From assembly GCA_965113315.1 (NCBI GenBank), contig OZ220368.1: DNA of 64,000 nucleotides; one strand, written 5' to 3'. The position numbers and the translations under genes were made by a program. The notes beneath the pieces are model-generated. The model was given only the letters and a program-made list of their open reading frames with translations, did not search any database and was not told the origin of the DNA. Every line of letters begins with the position of its first letter. Positions within the stretch are counted from its first letter, which is position 1. Source of the stretch: Podarcis vaucheri. Lineage: Eukaryota. This document shows, one piece after another, positions 11,820-23,935 of this stretch.

Positions 11820-13592
11820 TATAGCAAAGCACTTTGTACTGTATATTTTTTTAAAAGCTCATTATAATAATCAATTCACCTCACCTAAAAAAGGGGAAGA
11901 TCAGATCAGAAGCTGAAAAACTGGTCATTCCAAAACTTTAGGAAGAGAAATCAGCTCTTTCATTTACTGTCGGTGCTGATAAGGATTTCCAGCAATCTAT
12001 TTTTAACAAAAAAATCGCTTGGTTAACTTCATTTGCCATCCAGGTGTAGTTATGTGTGTGTTGTTTTTCTTCATGCAAGTCAGAACATTTGTTTGAAGCA
12101 GAAGTAGGCAAGCATCGTGGGTCTGTGACCAGACATGCCTGTAGCTCTGGAATGCATGTGTTACGTGAAGCTTCATATAGTTCACTGTGAGGAGTGTAAC
12201 ATACTTGATATGCATTTTGACCTTTCTTTTCTTGGCATGAGAAAAACAGGAGGGGGCGGGGAAGAGAATGAGTTTCAAATAAAAAGGAGGTTCACACATG
12301 CCACTCACAGCTGACATCCCAATCTAAATAGCGCCATCAGCACAGGGCCCAACAGCCACCTGACAAAATAAAACCAAGTCTTGTGACTTGGCAACAAATC
12401 AGCTTTGTGGGTTATACATACTTCATTGTTTGTTTAACCATCTTGAATAATTGGGTTAAATAAAGCCTTGACTTCCAGGGCTTGCACGTTGCAACAGTAT
12501 TTCAAATGGGCCTGGTGCCAACCTCGCTGCAATTGAATCCTCCCCACACCCTTCTGAATGTTAGGGGCTACCTGAGCCATGCACGAAACACTTACTTAAA
12601 TTTGGTATGCTCTTTCCCCCTCCCTTCTTTTAAATGATAAATGAAACTAAAACTTGAAGCACAACACCTCATATTGGACAGAAAGAATGACACCATGGAT
12701 TTATAACACCATTGCATCCTAAAGCATTTTTTTAGTCTGCATGAGCAGCTTTTTCCTCCTTCTTTAAAAAACAACCCCTATTTCTATCATAACCTACAAA
12801 TAAACTATTTAACTTCCATAAGATCTACATACACACCATTCAACTAGACATCTCCTCTGTTCTGCCCCAGTGCTGATGCTCTCCAAAGCCCTCTGTCAAT
12901 GACTATGGAAGTGTGACAGATACAACACACACTGTTTTCCTCCAGGACAGAAACAGCTATTATAAATTCTGAAGCCATCCGGGGTTGGGGGGGTTTAGAC
13001 TGTTCATAACACAGTGGTAGACAACCAGTAATCCTGTGTCTGTATCTGACCCTAAGATGGTTACTAGTTAGCCTATTTCTTACATAAACCCTTTTAGTGG
13101 CTAAAATGAATCACAGAGCCCTTGTCATACTCCTCCCAGGTCCTGTGGGACGGAAGTGACTGCTAGAGTTAAACAGATTACGCCACCATGCTGCCTGAAA
13201 ATCCTATGCTCTCCCCCACATTTCCTAAGGAAAAACAGTGTCCTTTCTGTCCTTTCGGTTTCAGCTAGCTGACAAACTTTAGATAAGTTGAGAGACTCAA
13301 GTAAGTAAGGGTTATGATAAATTACAGTTTACTCAACAGAGAAATCTTCAATCATGTTATGCAAACATTATGTTACTTTGATCACTTCTCTACAATGTTG
13401 GCCTGACATGCTAAAGGTTCTCCAACATGGTGCCACAGGTAACAGTGTGCTCACAGAAACCTGGTAGTGTACCTGCCAGGCTTTCGAGTCCCCTGTGCAG
13501 TGGATTATAAACTATAGTACTCTCCCAAGTACTGCCCACATTGTGTGCTTCGGCTCTCTACTGTTCCATAGAACCAGTTTCATTTTCATAGG

Positions 13593-13676
13593 ATGCAGCT
13601 GTCCCACATGGTGATAGAACCTGCAACCTTGTGGGTGTTGTCAGCACCATGCTCTGACCAACTGAGCTATCCAGGC
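13593..13676 (-). mobile_element. tRNA-Ile-derived SINE head (tRNA-like pseudogene fragment)
   Basis: The minus strand reads tggatagctcagttggtcagagcatggtgctgacaac..caaggttgcaggttctatcaccatgtgggacagctgcat: a tRNA-Ile-like A box, a degenerate B box and a disrupted anticodon arm. Confidence 0.7.
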
Positions 13677-14198
13677 TGAGCTTGGTTGCGACTGGCCAGC
13701 AGACTTGGAAAAGTGTTCTCTCTGATAGCGTCCGATTAGAAGCAAGAGAACAGTTCTAATTGGATGTTACAAGAAGAACGAGATCAATTCTAACTGGATG
13801 CCTGGAGAAGGAAATAGTGCAGGCGCTGAAGAGACGAGATACCAAAGGGATAGCTGCAAATAAGGCCTTGGTGCAAGAAGGAAAGGTCCATAATAGGGTA
13901 AGAAACAAAGCAAGCAGCCTAGGTTGGAGTGCATCTGAGAGAAAAGAGGGCTGAGTAGGATGGAAACAGAATGTAAGTGCATCAAAGCTCTTGTTTCTAC
14001 CCAATCATAATGCTCAATAGTGAAGGGCCCAGACATTTTCTCAGAATTCCTTATCTGCCCATGGGTTAAAATTAATAATTAACAGCAACAACAACCACGT
14101 TAGGAAGCTACACTATGCTACAGTCACAAACAGAGGCTTTCTCCACCACGTTAACCCTGCCAAACAAGCTCTGGCAAGTGGTGAATAAGGTGTGATGA

Positions 14199-14259
14199 AG
14201 AAGCTAGTTAACAGTGGGTCATTTTTGAGAGAAGCTAGTTAACAGTGGGTCATTTCTGA
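14199..14259. repeat. Tandem duplication, 31 bp period
   Basis: agaagctagttaacagtgggtcattt at 14199-14224 and 14230-14255. Confidence 0.9.
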
Positions 14260-16623
14260 ACAGTCTAACCTAGGAAACACATACCTTTCAGTCAAACCTG
14301 AACATTGGCCAAACTTCCTGGGTTGGAAGGCAGCTGAAGTCAGAATTTCTGGAGGCCGCAGGTTCCCAATCACTGGTCTAAGCATAGTTTAGAGCTATGA
14401 AAGTTTACAAAATATAACGCACTATGAGAGCTTTCATTCAATATGGAAAGCTTTCCATAGAGATGCTGTAACTTTGCCTTCTGTTACATATCTGAACAAT
14501 AAACCATATTTTGAGTATACTGTTGATGGCACAACGGGGAGGTGAGTTGCAGGCAGCTGTGGAACTGTCTGCTCCTTGCACTGTATTCAGAGTATATAGC
14601 CTGCTTCTTTCCTCAGCAGACTAACATGTGTAGATAGACATTCAGGTTTTGCAGTGCTTTTTCTCTCTATTGGCAGCAAAGCTATTTTGAAATAACGAAC
14701 GTCAACTTTGGAAAATGTATTAAGGAATGCACATTCAAGTCCAGACAACCTTGGGAGGGTAGATCGGCAGTAACTAAGAGCGGTGACAGCAGATATGTTA
14801 AGGAAGAGAAGGAGTGCTTCTCAAGCCAATGTGGATAAACATGCATTTGCATTATCGATAATTTACTCTGCAATCCTGATTCTTCTAGAAAGAACATAGC
14901 TTCAGAGCTAATATTTGTGATATCCTGGTCTAATCACTGTGCAGCGAAATATGAAACAAAATCAATGGTAGCTCATAAGATGTAATCTTGCTACTCTATT
15001 TGGCTCACTGTGCTGAATTTCTAGCTCATAAATCATTGTTACTAGCCATTCAGTGAATCAATATTCAGATTCCCTCTTGGTCTATACATACAACCACTAA
15101 ATGAAATAATAATGACCCAAGATCTGTCATATATTAGCTCATCAATACCACCAACAGAGATTCCTTGGCAACAATGAGGTAACTGGAGATAAAACACATC
15201 TGATGAGCATGCAAGCAATTATGAAAAATCTGTAACTATAGCAAGAGAAAAACACACCACACAGAACCGCACATGTTCATAACCGCAGTCCTGAAACCAC
15301 TTACCCACTTGACATTTGTGAGACAATTCCTGAACAACAGAGTAACTCATGAGTAAGTAGTTTAGGACCTAATAAGATCATGACCTCAAGCGATGTTTTA
15401 TCATGGTGATGTAGTAATTCACATTTTAAAGAAAGCCAGCTTTTATGACAACAGTGATACTAAATATATTTAATTAGACTGTAAACACCCGATCGTTAAA
15501 TGCTATCTTCTGTCTCATTCTGAATCCCCCTCCTCTCTTCTTTATCCTCTCTTTGTCTTTTAAAAGCACCATTAGTACATCTGTAAAGAGAATTCCTCAA
15601 CTCCTTACTCTCATTCCGATAGCCCCAAAGCCCCAGTGGAGCAAAGATTAGTCCCATTAAAAACCAACAACAAAAAAATAAAATAAACTATTAGAGTGCT
15701 TTCCGTGAAGCCTTATTCCCCAAATGCTTTACAGACCATTTAATTATCTCAAGGTAGTGGAACGCCTCTCTGCAGACGAACATGAAAGCTACTGCTCTCT
15801 CTCTCCAGTATCCCACATGTGGGCCGTGGTGCTATTTTAATCTCTAATGGTAATAATATCTGAAAGAGCTAGCAAGAGAAATATGTTGGCTGGAATGCAC
15901 TACTTAGCTTACCAAAAGAAGAGGGGGGGGGGAATCAATAGCATGGGATCTTTAAATTACCACCAAAACAAAGCAAGAGAATCCATAGGGGGAAATCTGA
16001 CTTGTGGAAGGCAGCTACACAAAACTATAAGCCAGCCCTTCACCTAACCCCACTATGCCTATCATCAGCAGAAAAAAAGAAGAAAAGGGGGGGGGACCAG
16101 TGCATGCTGCCAGTCACTGACATAAAGTGATTTTCCAGACATGCCACTTTACGCAGCAGGGGAGCAGAACATTTAGGAGGCTTTATAATAATTATGTTTT
16201 AAAATGGGAGGGGTGGAAGAGAGAGAGTGTCTCTCTCTTTCTCCTTGCTTTACATCCAGTTTGCTCCCATTCCCCTTCTAGACCATTAAAAGATTTCACT
16301 TCGCAAACAACTAGGTTATAAAGCTGCACATTTAAGGAGCTCCCAAACGAGGAAACAGCTAGTGTTGGGGAGAGGTGTTTGTTTTGTTTTTTTTTTTTTT
16401 AAAAAAAAGTACAGGCTTACAATTTAGCCACAGAGCTGAGGCAAGTAGCAACTGCCCACAGCAGCAGAGGCAGCACCACCACTACCAGGTGTAGGCAGAT
16501 GAGGTGAGGGACAGGGGTCTCACGAGAGAAACAGCACCAGAGCATGACTGTGTGGGCTTTGCAGGCTAGCTTCCATGACCTCAAGGTAAGAGCAAGAGAA
16601 ACCAAGGGCTTTTAAATGGCATG

Positions 16624-16661
16624 TTTGTTGGTTGGTTGGTTGGTTGGTTGGTTGGTTGGTT
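16624..16661. repeat. (TTGG)n microsatellite
   Basis: Direct reading. Confidence 0.95.
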
Positions 16662-17294
16662 TAACTTTGCATCCTGACTTTCCACCAAGCCGTGCTTAAA
16701 AGCTTTCTGAATTGGACAGTGTGGCACCCCCCTTCTTGTTTCCAGTATTCAGTCTCCAAAAGCGATTACTAAGGGAAATGAAGAAGAAATGAACCTCAGT
16801 TCAAGGTACTCCCGAAGCTTCCACCATAGAACATGCTTCTGCCACACTTCGTATCCATTGATTGCATATGAAGTGGGATGTTTGTTAATATGCTCTCTTC
16901 TCAACCATGTAGAATAAAGTGTGTGTAGACATGTGAGCTTCGGGGAAACTGCCATCTCGTTGAACAGTCTAGAACTGGCATAGCACACTGGGAAATACAT
17001 TGAGTTGTGGACCAGGAACCCAATCCCTCCATTAGAATGATGCCTCTACATGGCATTATGCAAAGCACTCTCTCTCTTTCTCTCAGCCTCAATCCCACCC
17101 AGAGGAACCACATTCTCCAGAGGAGAACACAACAGTATTCTGAATACTGAGGTGGCCTGGCCCCCTCAAAAAACCTATCTGGGAGTCCAATACTGCCTCA
17201 ACCCTTCAGTCAGTGCCTATAGGCCCAGCATCTGCAACATGGAGAGTAAAAAACTTAACTTACACGGTTGTTGTAATGATTATACCCAAATAAA

Positions 17295-17492
17295 AACGTA
17301 AGAACCACCTGCCGGATCAGGCCAATGGCCGACCCAGTCCAGCATTCTGTTCTCACAGTGGCCAACCAGATACCTGTGGGAAACCCATAAGCAGGAATCG
17401 AGTACAAGATTCCTTCTGTGGATTTCGGCAATTGGTACTCAGACGTATTGCTGCCTCTTGCTATGGAGGCAGAGCAAAGCCATCATGGCTAG
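17295..17492 (-). mobile_element. CR1 LINE 3' end fragment
   Basis: taagaaccacctgccggatcaggccaatggcc..agtccagcattctgttctcacagtggccaaccagat..gccatcatggctag is the reverse complement of a squamate CR1 3'UTR. Confidence 0.75.
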
Positions 17493-17661
17493 TTCAGGAT
17501 AGATGTGAAGTGCTTTGGATATACTGCTTCATTAAATTAGCCCCATGCAATAACAGCACTGCTGCCAATTAGGATAGAATTTGGGCGACATGCAGAGGTT
17601 AGTCTAACTTCAGGGGGCCTTACTGAAATCTATGGTGACTTTGCCCAAGCTGCTATACTTA

Positions 17662-17830
17662 CCGTATTTTTTGCACCATAACACTCACTTTTTTCCTCTT
17701 AAAAAGTAAGGGGAAATGTCTGTGCGTGTTATGGAGGGAATGCCTACAGGTGGCATGCCTGTGGATTTTCCTCCTCTAAAAACTACGTGCGTGTTATGGT
17801 CGGGTGCGTGTTATAGAGCGAAAAATACGG
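17662..17830. mobile_element. Tc1/mariner MITE
   Basis: TIRs ccgtattttttgc / gcgaaaaatacgg with TA on both sides. Internal gtgcgtgttat motif occurs three times. Confidence 0.88.
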
Positions 17831-17874
17831 TACTCATCCTAATCCTGCAATATTATTTGTTCTTTCGGGGATAG

Positions 17875-18245
17875 TAAAGGTAAAGGACCCATGGACGGTT
17901 AGTCCATTAGACTATGGGGTGCAGTGCTCATCTCCGCTTTCAGACTGAGGGAGCTGGCGTTTGTCTGCAGCTTTTTTCAAGGTCATGTGGCCAGCATGAC
18001 TAAACTGCTTCTGGAGCCAAGGGACACTGCAATGAGTGCCAGAGCGCAAGGAAACACCGTTTACCTTCCCGCCGCAGCCATACCTATTTATCTACTCGTG
18101 CTGGTATGCTTTTGAATTGCTTAGTTGGCAGGAGTTGGGACAAAGCAATGGGAGCTCACTCCATCACACAGATTTCAACTGCCAGCCTTATGATAGGCAA
18201 GCCCAAGAGGCTCAGTGGTTTAGGCCACAGCGCCACCCGCCTCCT
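17875..18245 (-). mobile_element. Sauria SINE (Squam1)
   Basis: Reverse-complement head cacagcgccacccgc, conserved core gtcatgtggccagcatgact..gtttaccttccc..cctatttatctact and (ACCTTT) tail. Short TSD ggatag. Confidence 0.92.
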
Positions 18246-18579
18246 GGATAGGAATGAAGGAACAAAGGCTGCTGCATCAAAACATATTCCATCCAGCTCA
18301 CTGTTATCTGTCAGGAGCAGCAAACCGTGGCCCTCCAACATGACCAACAGTCAAGGATAATGAGAGCTGTACTCCAACATTTAGGGGAAACAATACTGTG
18401 TTTTAGAGGCTCCATCCCCACCAGACACACACTAGTGGCATCCTCTCTACAAGGAGACCTGCCCAACACCCAAAGTGAGCTTTTTTTTCCAGTGCCAAAG
18501 ACTTATCTCTTCAACCAGACATCAAATTGTTAATGCACTTCTGTCCCTGTGACTGTCTTAGCTAGTAAATGTCTTATAC

Positions 18580-18715
18580 CAGGGTTTCCCAAACTTGGGT
18601 CTCCAGCTGTTTTGGGGCTACAGTTCCCATCATCCCTGACCACTGGTCCTGCTAGCTAAGGATGATGGGGGTTGCAGTCCAAAAACAGATGGAGACCATA
18701 GTTTGGGAAACCCTG
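18580..18715. mobile_element. Short hairpin-type hAT MITE
   Basis: TIRs cagggtttcccaaact / agtttgggaaaccctg with a palindromic interior. Imperfect TSD tcttatac / tccttatac. Confidence 0.85.
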
Positions 18716-21521
18716 TCCTTATACAGTTGAAAGGTGGTAGGGTCTTTGTCTGTTGCTTTTAGAACCTGTCAAATATTATTTGAAGTATTATGGCAAAGCA
18801 TGAGGCAAATGTTTCAGAGAGTGATTCAAGATGGGGGACTATCTCTGCTTCCAAACCACACATGTTTATGTTGCTGTTCTTTTTAAAATAAAAACATTCA
18901 GTGAGGGAAGAATTGGGACTACTGTTCATATTTTCTCTTTGGATGCTAAAATCCACCAGCTTTAGATGACAGAGTGGAAAAAGGTAGAAGCAGTGTTAAG
19001 ATATTTGAAAGCTATGAGTTAATGGCACCTTAGACCTAGGTCATGGGCACAACAACGGAATTGTCTAGGTATGCTTATTTATAACAAGAATACAAAGCTG
19101 AAAATGAATGAACTTCAGCTAAAATATGACGTTCATTTTTCACATGGTCTAGTCCTTCCCCTGCCCACACCCCTAATATTCTTAAGAGGGTCTCTTCTCC
19201 AGTCTTCAGAGAGCAGCTGGAAGTGGGGAGGCAGAAAAGGGTCCTCCTTTTCTTCCACTCTGCAGTTTTAATCTGAAATCTTAGGCACAGTACTGTGCCC
19301 AGAGATCAGAAACTGCTCGCGTTAATGAAATTCCCTGTTGCAAAATGTGCCTAGGACAATGGGAGTTTCAAACACTGGGTAGAAGTGTAACACACAGGAA
19401 ATGAGGAAGGTACCCAATGCACACATTCCATTTGTGCAACAGCTCTTATCCCAACGTATGCTACACGCCCCTCCCATATTTCCTCTGGAAGGAACCCCCG
19501 GAACAGATTTAGGGGGCTTGCACAGAAGACAGGGGGAAACTTCCATTGTGCAGCCAAAAGTATTTGAGCAGACAAACAAGTGCATTGAATACACACATAG
19601 AGCTTTTGATTTTGATTGAACGAAAGTTTTCCAGAAATTGATCTCTCTCCAAGACAACTTACAAAATTTCAGGAAAAAGCTCCAGCAACTTCATTTTGAA
19701 CCTCTTTGGCACTCTTTCTCACTTATACACAGAGTTGATGGGCACATTCTGGGTAGCTTTCCAAAGTTTCTTCTACATATACTAACCTTCCCTATGTATT
19801 CAAAGCCTTTTACTGAACGCCCATACTTCAAACCAGCTTTGAAACTCCCTGTTGCTCAAAATTCCCTGTTGAACATCAAGTGAAACCCTGGTAGTATATT
19901 CAACTTAAGCATTGTCTTGCCAATTGTGAACATATTCAAATCCTCATATATTTCTGTTGCCACATTAATTATTCACCTTTTGAAATTTAATTCATATCAT
20001 GATTTTCACACTCACAAAATCCTGCAGAATTTGATGATGATTGTCATTTGATGACCTTGCTTTTTAGAGATAGCTATTTCACAGCATGCAATATTCATTC
20101 TGTAAATTCCTAGCGCCTGCCCTGATAATTATGCTCATAATTTTGGCCTCGCTTGCTACACACATGCAACTAATACGAATTACATTTTTGAACCACAATT
20201 AACAGCACACTCAATTTGCCCGGTGATTATCAGATAGTAAAAGCGCACAGTAAAAACCGCACAAATGAAGCCAGAATTTGTCCATCAACCTTATTTGTAA
20301 GTGAAAAGAGTGAAGAAGATTACAAAATTTTAATAAGAGCATTATATTATGGTAGCAATAATCTAGGTGTTTTACTGGAAGAGAAGTCGATTACTGTAAA
20401 TGAAAATTTAAAATGTCCTTTCCATTTTGCAGATAACACAAAATGACTCCTTTCATGTCTCCTGCGATAAGGATACATTTGCCACACATTTAAATGGTGC
20501 CTTCACCCCATCCAACCCAATGTATAAATTAATAATTCAGTGACATTAATACAAGAAGATAAATGATAAAGAGGTTGGAGCACAAGGGCCAAGAGTACAC
20601 ACAGACTTCTTTGGGAAGAACTAATACCTCTCTGCCAATTACAGGCAGAACTTTTTTAACAGTTTTCAATGGCATTTTTACAATCTAAATAGCAGCTTAT
20701 GCACACGCAATTTCACACAACTCAGGCTTAATAAATCTCCTGCTGGTACCAAACAATCATTTTAAGGGATTAAAGTGCAACATCTGCTGCCATTAATAAG
20801 CATTTTATATAGCCATACTTATAAAAGCAGTCTCTACTGAATTGTTAGTCTCTGAAAGCGCTTCTAGACCCAAGCACCAGTTTAGCATAAATTATACCTT
20901 TATCATTTGATTGGTGATTTTAGCTTATGACAACAATGAAGGGTATTACTACATAGCGGCTCCAGAATGAAAATATATGCTAGGTAGAACTATTATTTTC
21001 CAGTATGGCAGTGTTCCAAATAGCTGAAAGAAAAAGCAAATTACATAGTCACATGCAACACTGACTAGTGTTTCTAGTCAGACTTTGCAAACATGTTTCC
21101 TTCTTTTGCAGAGGCAGAAATACATTTCTGATTATTTTTTGAGTGACAAACCTTATTAATGCTCTGACCGATTCACCACACTACTTCCAGATGCAATCTC
21201 CTTTATTTTAACTGATACAAAAGCAGGACTTGGTTGCGCTATCACAACCATGGTTGTAAAGGCACTTTCTAGCGTCCTCTCACCAAGCTCAATGACATTT
21301 GAACACCTTTTAAAAAGTACAGTCCTGGGTTGTATGGTAGGATTTAGTTTCAGAATAAATTACTGCCTGTGCATGCACGTTCCTTGAAAGTTTAAAAAAA
21401 ATCAAAGAAGTTAATATTTCTCATCAGGGATTTGAAAAGTATAAATCCTAGTTGACAGGTCCTGAAAGTTCAGAAATGAGGGCCCCCATGTAAGATTGGC
21501 AGGAACCAAGAACACTAACTG

Positions 21522-21747
21522 CAGTGGTACCTCGGGTTACATACACTTCAGGTTACAGACTCCGCTAACCCAGAAATAGCGCTTCAGGTTAAGAACTTTG
21601 CTTTAGGATGAGAACAGAAATCGTGCTCCGGTGGCACGGCAGCAGCAGGAGGCCCCATAGGCTAAAGTGGTGCTTCAGGTTAAGAACAGTTTCAGGCTAA
21701 GAACAGACCTCCGGAACAAATTAAGTACTTAATCCGAGGTACCACTG
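21522..21747. mobile_element. Tc1/mariner (Tigger/pogo-like) MITE, full length
   Basis: TIRs cagtggtacctcgg / ccgaggtaccactg. Right flank TA, left flank TG. Internal ttcaggttaagaac repeats. Confidence 0.88.
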
Positions 21748-23275
21748 TATTGGCATGCACTGCATAAACCTCTCAGCTCTGCACTGCCAAAAGAAGGCCA
21801 ATGCCTGCCATTCTGGACAATGGAATGCCACAGACCGCCAAGCATGCCCCATCATAAAATGAGATCGAAAAATGAGATGCCAACAAACTCGGTTTCATTA
21901 TTTTACTTTAGTTTCATATATTGCTTCCTAATCAAGAGAGCTGAAATGACAAAATAATTCTGCTGTGCTTTTATGGGTACCGAATAGGTGCCAGGGATAT
22001 CCAGAGTTGGATGTTATTTACGTACCCAAACTTGTATGCCACGTCCAAGTCAAATGTTATTTTGTACGTGAACAAGGCTGCATCTTCTAGGAAACACAAT
22101 ATACACACAGAATGTTTTGAACCTCTTCTTCGTTTCTAAAAACCAGCAACAACAAAAAGGATTGCAACACAAGGAAATATCATTGTCTGGCATAAACTTA
22201 CAACCAGTGCCAATGTGTGGCAGCTGACAGAGAGGTCGGAACCTATTAGCCATACTAGGCTTTGAACTATTCACGGCTGAGGCCAAAGCCACTCTTAGCC
22301 AAGGGAAACCAGCTGCTTGAAAAGAAAGAAGCTTTCGGCATTAAGCCAGGATGTAAGTAGATTTAAGCATCCCTCCCCCCCCCCACTTCCCTCCACACTG
22401 ATGGCTGCTTTCAGCTGAGAAACATCTCCAACAAGGCCCATATGCACTTTAAAAGCACCCAAGACTGGGGAGAATTGACATTTTGGACACCAGGTGTCAC
22501 ACTGCAAGTTCCAAGGGCATCGACTGGAATGTCAGCACTAACATGTGAATTGTCATGTGGGGTTCTGGTTTCCCTCCCATGAACAAAGTTTTTGAATGTG
22601 ACAAGCTGCTCTGTACATGCAGGGCAGCGGAGAATGTAATGCCCAAGGGTCTGCTGAGGTTCGAAAATGGTTTTTACTAGCTCTAATAGGCAAGCCAAAA
22701 TCTTTGGTTGCCTGGCTTCTGACCGTACTGTTCCCTGCCAGGTTTGCTCTGTGTGACTGAGGCCCTCTGGGCACTTCAGTTAAGCAGCTTACAAGGAAAC
22801 CCCCTGACTTTCTTTCCTGACCTGGACAAAGGAATAGGTGCAGGGGTGTTGCTGGGTGGTGGAGACCATGCCAGTTTGCTCTATATAGCCAAGGCACTCC
22901 AGACACTTTGGCTGCACAGCTGCTGAACAACCCTGGAGCCAAGGAGGGAAATAGCAACTGACACAAAATTTCTGCCAGCCATTCTTGGTCCTGATCAGCA
23001 AAGTTGTGGGAGCCTGGTAATCTCTATTATACAACTTCTGGAACTGGGGTGGGGGAGAACATGCTTTGAAAACTTAACTTGGTTCAGCTGACACAACCCT
23101 CACCTGGGTGGAAGGCAAATTAACACAAAGCTATCTGAATCGCCCTACTGCAGCGATTTTAAAACTGTTTACACAGAAGGAATATTTTCCATGGTCTGCC
23201 ACCTAACCTTTGGGGCACAGTCCAGCACAGAACCTCTGTTTACGAGGAGCACTTGGCAGGATTTACAGGGATCTT

Positions 23276-23935
23276 TCATTTATTTATTTGCACAATTTCT
23301 AGCTGTCCAAATAATTTCATGTGAGTTGGGGCTTCAAGGAAGGCATCTGCAGAAAATCTTAATATGCATTCAGGCAGATACAGGGAGAGATGCTTCTTAA
23401 AGTGCCTGGGTCCCTGATTATTCAGGATTATCACTAGAATTGAATAGAAATGGGAAGCAAATAAGCAACGAATGCAATGCAGCTCCCTCAGCCGATGCAA
23501 ACATGTTTCTACTGGGCCGGACCACTTCTAATTCTGACAGCTGCACTGGGAACAAGCTGCAGCTTCCAGACTGTCTTTAAGGGCAGCCCCATGTAGCAGG
23601 CAGAAGAGTAATCCATCAGGTGTTTTCCAGAAGGTGGATTACTGTGACAAAGCTGCCTCCTTTAAGGATTGGATGTAGCTGGAAACAGGCACTCAATGCC
23701 ACCAAACCACCTGGGTATCCAGTGACAAAGAAGCCTTCCCTGCTCTGTCAAGGGAATGTGTGTTACCCACATCTAGGATGGACTGTCGCTCAGTACCTGG
23801 GACAAAAGTCTACCAATCCATAGAGCCTGTGTCTTACTAGTATTCAGTCTATTGGCCCTTATGTAGCCAATCACTGAGCCCATCATTATTTTCCAATTCA
23901 GAACACAACTGATCACAGTTGCTGATATTAGCATT
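23276..23935 (-). mobile_element. L2 LINE relic (ORF2 3' part), heavily decayed
   Basis: Minus-strand translation GYIRANRLNTSKTQAL resembles the L2 RT-distal motif WMxANxLKLNPxKTE. Also gtctttaagggcagccccatgtag and an ATTT-rich tail near 23276. Confidence 0.65.

Noticed and set aside
14199-14259. Short direct repeats considered as CRISPR-like
   Set aside because: Eukaryotic DNA, only two adjacent copies and no spacers: a simple tandem duplication.
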